Assembly (NCBI RefSeq): GCF_032062105.1
Contig: NW_026936003.1
Coordinates: forward strand, 186,001 to 250,000
DNA: 64,000 nucleotides
Direction of reading: 5' to 3'
From: Saccostrea cucullata
Lineage: Eukaryota
Positions 51,166-63,312 of this stretch are shown here, piece after piece (the stretch's first letter is position 1; each line of letters starts with the position of its first letter). A program made the translations under genes and the position numbers. The notes beneath the pieces were generated by a model, which saw only the letters and a program-made list of their open reading frames with translations, searched no databases and was not told the origin of the DNA.

Positions 51166-52105
51166 GCACGCTGAAGGATATGTCTCTGGTCGACTGAGCA
51201 AACGAAATGATAATTGTTGGACCAGTAATTTTCAAAATTAAGTTAAAGATAGAAATAAAAACAATAGAAACGCTGATACAAATAACGATATGTGTAGATA
51301 TCATAGATTGATTCCATGTCTTTACAGGATAATAAATGACATAAATAAGCCTTGAAAATGATCGAGGGAAAAAACTTAATTCAAAGAGAGAAAATTTTTT
51401 TAACAAAGTTTATCAAAATCATTCACTCTTCACACATAGATAGTGTGTCAAAATGATCAAACAATTCTTTCAGTAAAAATGATGAATTCACAAAATCGTC
51501 GAAAATTTACAACAAAATACATTATACAATTTTTTTCATATGTTACAGATAACTCTGGGGACTTTATTGAAACAGATCTATTATATCTAGGAAGAACATA
51601 ATTGTATGTTTTGGTACGATGTGTATATAACACTAACAACCAGAAAACAACTGGGGCGGTGATGCGCATAGTTACAAAGTTATTCTCAGTTTTAGTGTTT
51701 ACTCACTTTACCACCCACGTTTTACTTTTAAGGAAAGAACAAAGATAAACTTTATCTGTTTCAAAGGTTTAGATAGATGATAAACTATTTTGGGTTTTAA
51801 AATCGATCAAAATGGCAACAACCAAAATAAAATTTTAAGAGATGGAGTTGGATGATATCAACATTTTTTTCCGAGTTTTCTTTCCTATCTTATCTTTCTT
51901 ACAGAGGAGTATCCAAGACAGGAACAAGTACTTCCTGCCTAAAGATATTGGCTAATTTAGTCATTATCATAAACAGGAACTATTTCCCAAACAAAAATAG
52001 TATATTTCCTTGTGGAATTCTGCTTTGAAAACACATGATTCTAGGATTTCAAACAAAAACCGGCTTCCTTCGGAATCAGACTCTAGAACTTTTTGGGAGA
52101 CTCAG

Positions 52106-54444
52106 ATGGAAGAAGGTGCCGAGTCAAACATCTTAACGTACCCTTCATCAACAGGTAAGATGTTTGCATTTTCTTACATTAACCATCACTCAATTCAGTG
52201 TTAAAGCAAGGTGTTTTGTCACGTTGATAAAACTATATTCTTAATATTGTGGTGAATTATTTTCATTAGGGGAATGGCAATGTGAAAAATGCACCTTCCT
52301 AAATAATCCACTTGAGTCCGTGTGTTCTGTTTGTGGCTTTGAACAAACACAGATGGAGAGTTCCTTTACTTGTCTCTCCTATCCAGGTTCGCTTCCAGTC
52401 GAGGATTTGGAGGAAGATTCTGTTCGGAGAGATTTACCACCACTTCCAGACCTTCCCCCGTCAGGAGCTTCTGGTAACTCACAACAATATGTATTACACA
52501 ATTTTACACGAAAGTTTTTTATTATTTTTTTGTCAGAGAAAGTTTCTTACTATTTCATAACGAAAAGTTATATTTTTTTTTAAAAATTCGTTGTTTCTTT
52601 CTTTTTTTAAATACACAAAGTATTTTTCCTAAAAAAATAAATGCAAATTTTTCTGAATAATTTGGTATGCTGGATACTTTTGTTACAGATACCAAAGTTT
52701 TTATTATTTCATCCCGGTCACAGGATTTGGAACTTTTTTTTTTAAAAAAATGAATTAAAATAAATGAGATAAGTTTTTAAAAAAAATCCATACGCTTGGG
52801 TTAAATTATTGAAAGAGACAAAAATACATTTAGAGAAATAGTCGTATGTAATGTAAAACAATTTTAACAAATAAGAGCACATAAGTGGCTTGGTAAGTGT
52901 GATCCAATTTTAAAATTTTTATTATCCATTCCATTATAGAGTGGTAAACAATGTTTTCATCAAAGAAAATAAAAAAATATAAATTCAAATATTTTTCAAT
53001 AAAACATCTTGAGTACTACTGAAAGAAAATACAAATTTATCAGTGTCACAGTAGGTAAAAAATCAAAATTTTCCGGTGGTTTTCATAAAAACCATAGATA
53101 CCTCTACTTTTGCTTAATTTTATGACAGAATGCGAATACTTAAATGATGAAATTCGTATTATACTCGTTGGAAAGACGGGCTCAGGGAAAAGTGCAACAG
53201 GAAATTCCATTCTTGGCAAGAGAGAGTTTGAATCTGATGTTTCGAATTCAAGCATAACTAAAATCTGCAAACGAGGAACAGCAGCACGGTTTGGTCGGGA
53301 AATTTTAGTGGTTGACACCCCAGGTCTATTTGATACCGGTAAGTACAACATTCATCGAGAACAGAATATATGTGACACACTTCCAATCAGAAACTCCAAA
53401 TTAACAAATTTACTCGAAATCAGATTATTCTCTTTATTTCAAGGTATGACAAATGATGCTATCACGAAGGAGATCTTGAAATGTGTGGGAATAAGTTCAC
53501 CTGGACCACATGCCATTTTGTTAGTGATAGGTATTGGTAGGTTTACGCAGGAGGAAAGGGAAACTGTCGAATTGCTACAAAGGTCATTCGGTCCAAGCAT
53601 GCTAAAATATCTTATTCTCGTTTTCACGAGGAAAGATGATCTTGATCGTGGTCGAAAATCTATACAACAGATACTTAGGGATGCTCCGCCTTCTTTACAA
53701 GATATAATAAGAAATTGTGAAGACAGATTCTTTGCCATCGATAATACAGAAGAAAATATCCATAATATGGACCAACAAGTAAAAGATCTTTTGCAGATGA
53801 TTGAAACCATGGTGAAGAAAAATGGAAATAAATATTACAGCAGTACTATCTTTGATCAGACTGAATTAGTAATCCAGGAACGCGAACGAGAAATTAGGCA
53901 GAAGTATGAAGAACAGAATAGACAAGAACTTAGCAGGATGAAACGAATGATCTCCATGGAGTTCGATCACAAGAATTCACATTTTAGAGAAAGAGAAAGC
54001 GCGCTGCTTGAGAAGCTTGAAAGATTGGAGAGTCAGCAATCGATTGAGAGACAAACAATGCGTGAGAATCTGAGAGCTCTTCAAACAGAAATGGACAATT
54101 TAACCATGGAAGCCAATCCAGAAAGTTTTGATGAGGAAGAAAACTGCAAGCTTTTCAACTTACAGCGAAAGATCCTTGAGGTCAAAAGTCGTCTGGAGGA
54201 TGTCAGACATAAACAAGAGGACATGATGCTCTACGAAGATATAGAAGAGGTTCCGGGTTTGGGATACAGAGATGAAGCGGGACTTAAAAGAGCTCTAAGA
54301 GAAAACGTCCGAGACGAAATTGAACGTGGTGACAAGAACATTCTGAAGAAATTCTGGAAAAATATCAAGGACGCGGGAAAGGGTTTAGTGACTAAATTCA
54401 AAGAAATATTTGAGGTAATTAAAGGGAGGGCAGGCTTCTACTGA
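52106..54444 (+). CDS. GIMAP: NZF-zinc-finger GIMAP/AIG1 GTPase copy 2; exons 52106-52154, 52270-52473, 53129-53338, 53444-54444 (487 aa)
   Basis: MEEGAESN... start; [20 protein letters not shown]; [25 protein letters not shown]. Total 1464 nt in frame; the G1-G3 exon is 210 nt, as in copy 1. Confidence 0.88.
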
Positions 54445-56506
54445 GCCGCTCTCAATATTCATCTTTTCTTGATCAATTGCGAAGACAAAAAATCTGTATA
54501 TATCAATGGTATCGTCAATCTTAAATGCGAAGGTGAGCAGGAACTTCACACAAAACTTTATTTTTATGCAAGATAGTTACAGAAGAGCAGGGTGATTTGT
54601 AAATTGTAAATTTTATGATGTTTGCCATAGATAATGCAAATAACATTGAATATGTTTTATTATTATTATTATTATAGATGTATATATATTAAAGTGTGTT
54701 TTGTTGAGTATAAAATTATGAATTTCCATTTCTATTTGTTTTCTCTGTGAAAACTTTCGAAAGTTAGGTGAGTTGATGTCTTGATAATTCAATCGGAATG
54801 CAAAGAACAAGGTAGGGTATATGTAACGGTCATATCTGGTCCATTACATGATGTAAAAATCAGAACACTGGTAAAATTTTGATAGTTTGTAGTAACATGT
54901 AAGAACTTAAAATGATGTTTGCTTTGAATCAACACTAATCCGGATTCAAAGGTTACATGGAAGCCACTAGAGGGTGCAGAAGTAGGACATTTTCCTCAAT
55001 TCTGGTAGAATTTCATCATATTTGAGATACTTTTCTCTTCAGAAACCATAGAGTACAAGCTTGCCTATGTGAGACTTTTACATGTAAACTGCATCTGATA
55101 CTAGTGTATAAAATATGTAAATTTGGTAGATAGGCAAGTTTGTGCTCTGTGTTTTCCGAAACAAAATGTGCTGTAAAATCAATGAAAATTTGCATAAAAA
55201 TGAAAAATATTCGAAGATTTTCTCACCTCTCTGTGGCCTCTGTGTATTTTAAAACTTGGAACCAATACTCACTTTGTGGCAGGGATGACAAGATGTTTCT
55301 AAAGATAAACTGTTGCATCATTCTGAAAGACACCCAAAATCAGGGGCCAAATACGGGTCTTACCCTATCTTGTCTTTTCGCCAAGCTAGAGGTCATGAGC
55401 AAGCTAAGGAGACCTAATGTGCATGTCAATCACTTGCGTCTGTCTTTGTGTTTAAAGTCAGTGGGTGGGAACTATTGAAATTGACATGGAAGGCTGCTTG
55501 TTATCAAAATCTAAATTTAATTTCACAAACTGTAAAAATAAGGACTCGCTGTTTGTTGGTTACGCTTGGAACAAGGGATAATTTATGCAAATGGAACTTC
55601 GATAGTCCATTATGCAAACTATCTCAAGTTTCCAACTATCGTTGATGCCCTGGCATTACCATTAAACTAAACAATGATTTCTTAAGCAACTTGCTATATT
55701 TTAATGTGTTTTTAATATTAATGAAAGAATATACATGTACATGTATCTGTCTTGAATATTTCTGTAAACGACTTTAAAAGTATTTTTATCTTTAATTTCT
55801 GTGGAATTTTGTGATTTGAGAAAGATAAAAAGAATAAAATATCGCTTGTGTTTAGAAAGAAAACATGAACCAAAATCTATGGTGCATCACAATTTCTGTT
55901 ACATGTATGTATCAATTGATGATGATACATGTATTAGGCCATCTTTGAAAAATTGTTTGCTTGTCTACTCCCGACTGATTGGACAAAAAAAAACTCTTAA
56001 AACAGTTTAAACCTTTTAAACCTCCAGGAAAATTTTTAAGCATTCCGAAAGTTTGCATCTAGCTCATAATTTACTACATATATTTTAATTGTATTAAATT
56101 TCCAATTTTAACATATTTTGGATATTAAATTTTTGAGGGAACCCTCCCAACCTACCGACCTTTTTATCTCGAGGGAGGAAAAATAAACAGTATTCTGGAG
56201 GTGGTCTAAAATAAATCAATCTTATAAATCCAGATATGAACGTGTACCACGATCAGGGCAATAACATAGACCCTGGAAACTCAGGCGTCAAAGAGGAGTA
56301 TAAACATCAGCTATTGACCAATAAACCAGGGTTTTAAGCCTCTAATCAGGTATACGAAGTAATCTGTAGTCAAATTGTATTGATTGAAATTTGAAAAATC
56401 AGAAAAATACTCTTGCGTACAGAATTATTTGAAAGAGATTAATACCATTAATACAATATTCAATGATATAGGAATACATGTAATACTTAATAGGAAAAGA
56501 AATTAA

Positions 56507-57009
56507 CAGTATGACATTTAACTCTGGACACGACATAGTCCAGACTTTTTACTACCATTTCTAATTATGATAACCAAAATATTTTTATATCACTTGGTGG
56601 GATTTCTTAGCAGTATTCCAGGGTCTTAAGTTGGACTCAAGAACAGTTCCATGTTTCACAATGTATTGGAGAAAATAATTCATTGTCAATATCCGTGGGA
56701 TTTATCCCATTTGAACAAATTCATGGGAGAAAAAATCCCCTAGGAGAAAATATCCCATCTGACATTTTTTCTCCCATGGGAGAATGGTGGGATAGTTGGT
56801 GGGACTGAAAATCCCACCATTCTCCCATATGATTCTGAGTTTTAGGACTTCATATCTTTAATAGTGGAGATGTTCTTGAGTCCAACTTAAGACCCTGGAA
56901 TACTGCTAAGAAATCCCACCAAGTGATATAAAAATATTTTGGTTATAATAATTAGAAATGGTAGTAAAAAGTCTGGACTATGTCGTGTCCAGAGTTAAAT
57001 GTCGTACTG
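56507..57009. mobile_element. Young TTAA-flanked MITE with ~140-bp near-perfect TIRs
   Basis: TTAA|cagtatgacatttaactctggacacg...caagaaca vs tgttcttgag...ccagagttaaatgtcgtactg|TTAA. Confidence 0.85.
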
Positions 57010-57736
57010 TTAATTGACAATAAGAGGTCACTTTTTCGAATAGTTTAATTTTAGTTGGTCATTAATGTCTATACATACAAGAATCTCAAAATGTGTTGGA
57101 GATTCCAAAGTCCATAATCTTTCATTTATCTGTTTATGTGAAATAACTTGAGTCGAGTTTCATAAAATATAATCCTAAAAGTTAATAGTATACTGCTATT
57201 TTATTTTTTGAACAAAAATGTTGTTTTCAGTTTTGTTAAAGAGTTGTTTACAGATATTTTATGAAGTTTCATTAAAATATTACTATTAATTTAGAATTAC
57301 ATAGACCAAGGTAGAATTTAGTAAAAACAGTGCTTTTTAAAATCATAAATTACATAAAATTTAAATGCAATTGTTCATAAATTTCCATGACATTAGGATT
57401 ATATTGGTGGGCTGTAAAAGAGAAATGTGTAATTTCAACACATGTTGATATGATTAAGAACACAAATTTAAATCAGGAAAGTACGATTTGTAGTGGAATT
57501 CCGTTGAAACCTTATTTTGTACGTATTGAAAATTTTCAAAGTTTTCCTGTCTGAAAATTAAAAAAAAATTCAAAACATCTTTAGTTACTTTATATAACAT
57601 AGCCACAGGTAATGATCATAACCACAACACGGAAATTTTCGAAATTTTGAATTATCCTTCCGTGAAACAACACCACGATTGATCAACTTCTCATTTTGTA
57701 AGCTGATAATATGCTTTTTTGGACAAGAGAGAAATC

Positions 57737-58650
57737 ATGGACCTCCTTAGTAACTGGACCTGCGCGTGTGGACACCGGAATCAGAACAACAGATGTTGTC
57801 AGTCCTGTGGTTCCCACAAGGAACGGATGAGTTGTGCCCTCAGTCTTAATCCAATGTCTATCCATAGCAATTATCAGCCATCTTTTCAGATCTCAACAAC
57901 AGGTTTGTTCTGTGTTTCTTTCTGCTCTTCCCTCTGATGTAAGTCTTTATATCATGTCTGTCAACATCAATAACAGGTTTGTTCATTATTTGACCATTTG
58001 CATGCTCTCCTTTTATCGCTCGAAGGTTTTCTGGTTTGAACAGTTTAATCTTTTATATACTAGTAGATGTAGACAAATATTCTTAGGTATATTCATGATC
58101 AGCTATGGTGAATATACTGGCTTTATTCTAAGAACAGGACACAACTTGGATAACATTCTTACATAACATTTCCTGATTTTAGATCTGAATTTTTAACCAT
58201 ACATGAACTCACTCACACTTAATATGTACAATCTAAACCTGAATTTGATTGGTAATTCTGTCTGGGTTTTTTCTTATACAGACAGTGATTGGCAGTGCTC
58301 TCGGTGTACATACCAAAATAACCCCGTGGAGACATCCTGTGAGTTGTGCGGATACAGCAAACCTGTTGAAGTTGAAGCAGTAAGACCAGAGGGAATGGAT
58401 TCTAATAATACATCTTCTGCACAGGACAATGGTGAGTGAAACCTTAATTTAAAGGAAAATAGTTTAATATTGAGATAAAGTGATTGCATCTATGAATAAC
58501 TTAACTCATTTATTTGATATCTATGTTAGCAATAGGAAGCAGGAATCAATTTGCATATGTGGAAACACATTTTATTAATTATATTAACAGATCAGCAAAC
58601 AAGAGGCCTTTATGCTAAAATATTTTATTTTTCCTAACTTGCTTTGCCTG

Positions 58651-58710
<60 letters not shown>

Positions 58711-61700
58711 GCTTGCTTAAGAGAGGAGGTACAAAAAAAAAAGAAAGTTAGATGAAAAACATTAAAAAAGATTTCAGAGGGTCTTTTGCTCAGCTGATCA
58801 ACATTGAATATTACAATGACGATAACGCCTTTATTTGTTTGACTTGTCAACTCAAATGCACAATATTCAAAAACTCTTACAGACGAAGTTCGAATCATTC
58901 TGGTCGGCAGGACGGGGGCCGGGAAGAGTGCTACTGGGAACACCTTACTCGGCAAAACTATTTTCCACTCGGATATTTCAAATTCCTCCATCACCAAGAA
59001 ATGCAAACGAGGCTCAGTCGACCGTTTTGGCCATCGTCTGCTGGTTGTAGACACACCAGGGCTTTTTGACACAGGTACATGTATATTGGAAATATCAATT
59101 GTATCATCAATGTGAATGAATAATTATGATAATGTTTAAATGATATACATGTATAAAAACTAACAAATAATTTTTTTTATAAATTATTTAAGATGGAAGC
59201 GATTTCTCTTGTCTCCTGGCCTGGGGACCATAAAACTAAGAAGAGCTCACTTTTGGTCTCAGTCGCACTTTTTCCAAAGGAATTAATAGTGGAAAAGTGA
59301 GACTTAGATCAAAAGTGAGCTCATCTATACTAAGTTTTATGGCCCCCAGGCTAGGTCTTGAGGTCAGAATGCCGAAGGGTTGAATCTAATTTTTGCTTCT
59401 TTTCTCGCTCTAGAATATAGATTGATACCCTTTAAGTTTTATGCCAGCGCATGGGGGCACTTACATTATGAAAGCCTCATTCACTTCAAGATACTGCTAG
59501 TGGACATATGTCTTATACAAAACAAGGCTGCTGATTCATTTTCAACACTGAAAATATGTACCTACATTGTATGTTACTTCATGTAAAGAATGTTGGAACA
59601 ATTTTTTTATACTTTGCACTTTGTAGTGGTGGTACATGTATGTGATTTGGTGGGAAAAGTAATCTTCATCGATTCCCTTTTCTATATTTTGAAATCCCAA
59701 GCTCACAAGAGAAACATTCATCATTACATTTTTTTAGTTTGAAGAGCAATTTATTATCAATAATATGCAATAAGTTTTGATAAGGAAAACCAGGAAATTC
59801 ATTAATTAACTACATGTATCTGGGAAGTAATTATCACATAATTTAAGTTTTGTTGAGAAGAAAGTAACTTCCCATTAATGTCCGCGTGATTGATGTAGTG
59901 AAATGAGTAGGTCAAAGTTCAGTAATAAGTGGTGGTATCTCTATATCTTTCAGCATTTGAACAATTTTACTTTTTTTACCTTTCTAATCCCATGAAGTGT
60001 GAAGTCACCCAGAAATAGCAACAGTTTTTCAATTTTCAGTTATTTTACATCAGTTGTTAACATTTGGGATTTGGATTAGAGAGTCTTGCCTGCCCGAATC
60101 AGTAAAAAAAAATTAACGACTGCATTCTTACCATAGTTTTGAATAATCTTATTTCATATCGTCAAGTCAATGTCTTTCAAACAAGGACATGTGTCAAAAG
60201 TGTTTGAAAATTGGTGGAGAATCTGGATAAGATTTTAGTTGTAAGCCATTGTTGACTGCCATCTTAAGCATTTAGTAATTTGGCATTGGAGTTGTTCTTT
60301 CCTTGTATCAGTCTATCTGTGTTCGGATTTGCAAAGTGATGCTTGATACTGTGTGATCTCAGATATCTAACTCATATCATGGCATTGGTGGATTGGGACA
60401 TGGTGTTTAAAGTTTCTTCCACGATCTCACATCAAATTCTCGAGAGGGACGTCAAACAACATACAATAAATCAATCATTCCTCCTATTCCTCTAGAGTTT
60501 TTAAGAAAGGACCTTAAGCCGATGGTTGAAGTAATCGGGCAACACAGTAAAGGAAGGTTTTATATCAGCAATTGAAGGGAGTGAATGAATCAATACAAAT
60601 ACATCGTCACGAAGTTATTGTGTTCCTCGGGTGGTTTCCTCTGGAGACAAGTATGTCAAAATGTATGTTAAGTATGTCAAAATGTCATAGGAGGAATGAA
60701 TGTCTTTTTTGGTTATCCCTTGGTTCATTCTTAGCCAGCATTACTTCTGTAACTTAAAATGAACAGTTTTATGTTAGAATTTTTGAATACAGGCGGAGAT
60801 TGCATAGATATTGAAATAATTGTAAATTGTAAAAGGGTCAGTTTTAAATGTGGTATATTTTCCCATGTTGAATGAAACATCTGCGTATGACAACTGTTTC
60901 TTGAAATCAATACTAAAAGCTAAAAAGCTATGATAATATGATACGGCATATAAATTACATAATTTTTGGCATATAAATTGTATTTATATTTGTATTTATA
61001 TATATTGTTGATTATGGACATGGACATTCACCGTTAACACTGCCAACTTCTCCCTTCCTTCAAACACCATTATAATACACCTCGACTTTACACTACCAGG
61101 AAGTCTTTCCTATTTCTGTAATGTTACATGAAAAACTAGTATTTTTTTCTCTAAATGGAAACAGAACCTTAGGTTATAAATACTAGTACTTGCACTAAAA
61201 TGGGTGGATTTGCATTTAAAAGGAAGTTGATTGAACCCACCTGTATTAATTAGGAGATCACTTCCACTTTTTAGGGCACTCTGTTTCTGGGATGAACTTT
61301 GCTATATTGGATATTGATGGTACATGATACAGTTCACGGTTCATAGAACTGCAGCTTTTTCATAGGCGTTATGGTCCTTTGTGGGCCTAATTTTCAAACT
61401 TTTTCAGGCGTCATTACTACTGTTCATGGAGGTAGTAAGCTTGTTTTAAGTCTGAAGGAGGGGGGGGTGTTGTAGTTGTTATCCAGTTACTCATAAAAAC
61501 ATGTATAGTCTTTAAATTGCTATCATGTTGCAAATTCAGGAGGTTATAGCTATAAGTATCGTGTTGCTAATTCCAGAAATCAATATGCTACCTCCCTAAA
61601 TACAGAAAAAGATGAAGATACGTAACGTTCACTGGGATCGTTCTTTTAAACAATACATATCGTGAAGAGAGAAACCACAGACGTCTGACAACACGCTGAT

Positions 61701-63312
61701 ATGACTACAAGTGCCTAAAAATATAAAAATTCTGTCCGGTCACAAATGTACGCTGTATTTATAAGGACAACTTAAAAAAAACGTTCTACACAGTCATGTA
61801 GTTATCGATTGCTGTGAAATAAGTCAGAAAAAAATATATAAACCAGACACATTTGCATTTGCAAAAAGACAGTATATACGTGTAAACCTTGTAAACTATT
61901 ACATGTACAAGTATTTTATTGAGATTGTTGAAAGCCCTGCAACATCAACATTTTTCAGCAGCCTGATTTAAATATAGATCGTTCTAAGATATTGATTTGC
62001 GACCGAATCAGATTGGAAATTTGTTTGTTGTTTAACGTCGCGGGTTCGAATCCCACTGAGGGACATGGAGACTTCGGATGAGATCGTAAAAAGGTCCCGT
62101 GTCGCGGCACATTTGTAGGTGATGGCACGAAATCCCTCATTGCTCTATGGCCCTGAATGCCGAGCATACGACAAAATTTGTACCTCTCCATCGGCAAGTG
62201 GTGGTGTCTCCATATGAGTGAAATATTCTCGAGAGGGACATAAAACAACAAACAAACAATCAATCATTCTGTTGTTCATGTTTTATTTCATTGTAGGGCT
62301 ATCCAATGAGGACATCACAACAGAAATCCTGAAGTGTGTGGGCCTGACGGCCCCTGGTCCTCACGCCATTTTGTTGATAGTGGGGATCGGACGTTTTACT
62401 CAAGAAGAAAATGAAACCGTGGTCCTTCTCCGTAAAATGTTCGGCGCAGATATGATGAAATATCTCATTGTTGTGTTCACTCGGAAAGATGATTTAGACC
62501 GAGGTAAAAAGACAATCCATCAAATTGTCAGAGATGCTCCGAAGTGTCTCCAAGATATTATAAATGAGTGTGACGACCGTTACTTTGCTTTGGATAATAC
62601 CGGGGATGATCCGAAAAATTCTGAACAACAGGTCCAAGAGTTATTGGACATGATACAGTGCATGACCAGGAGAAATGGCGGGGACTATTATACAAGCCCT
62701 ATTTTTGATGAAACAGAACTCGCAATCCGGCAAAGAGAGCAAGAGTTAAAGAAGCAGTTAGAGACTGAAAGCAAAAAGCGATTCACTAAACTTCGAAAAC
62801 GACTCTCTGAAGAATACCAGGAAAAGAACAATATATATAAACAGCACGAACAATATTTGTTGGAAAAGTTAGAAACGTTGGAACAACAACGATTCAGTGA
62901 AAATGATGCTATGTGCAAGAGACTCACCCAGTTACAAACAGAAATGGATAATCTTCAGATAGAAGCCATCCCTGAGACGTTTGAAATGGAAGAAGGGGGA
63001 CACGTATCAGGAATTCATCAAAAAATTTCGGAAGTCAAACAGAAACTAGCGGAAGTCCGCAGAGAACAAGATGAACTTTATTCTAGAACTGTCTCTGCTA
63101 TTCCTGATATTGATTCCACTCCTGGATATGTTGAAAATGGCGGGTGGGAAGTGGTGCGTGAGAGTGTTCGAGATGAAATCGAGAGAGGAGACAAGAATAT
63201 TTTAAAAAGATTTTGGTCGAATATAAAAAATGCTGGCCTTGGTTTACTTCAAAACTTTAAAGATATGTTTGAAATTCTTAAACAAAGAGCTGGCATTTCT
63301 TCCTCTTCGTGA
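57737..63312 (+). CDS. GIMAP: Double-zinc-finger GIMAP/AIG1 GTPase copy 3; exons 57737-57902, 58282-58431, 58883-59074, 62297-63312 (507 aa)
   Basis: [19 protein letters not shown]; [20 protein letters not shown]; [25 protein letters not shown]. Total 1524 nt in frame with phase-1 GT-AG introns. The acceptor at 58882 is less certain. Confidence 0.85.
58652..58708. repeat. (CT)n microsatellite in a GIMAP copy 3 intron
   Basis: Directly visible. Confidence 0.95.
59224..59346. mobile_element. Tiny Harbinger-type palindromic MITE (intronic)
   Basis: CTG|gggaccataaaact..gagctcacttttg ... caaaagtgagctc..agttttatggcccc|CAG. Confidence 0.7.
62037..62268 (+). mobile_element. tRNA-derived bivalve SINE (Meta-domain-like), 5'-truncated; tail-only copy at ~60433-60480
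   Basis: B-box gggttcgaatccc; aggtcccgtgtcgcggca...ggcacg core; tail ctccatatgagtgaaatattctcgagagggac..aaacaa(caaa)n(caat)n. Confidence 0.75.

Noticed and set aside
53110-54444. Single-exon 444-aa GIMAP as given by the ORF track
   Set aside because: It includes a 105-nt intron at the position shared with the paralogs and lacks the upstream exons. The N-termini of ORFs 46038 and 62218 are likewise intronic or SINE-derived.
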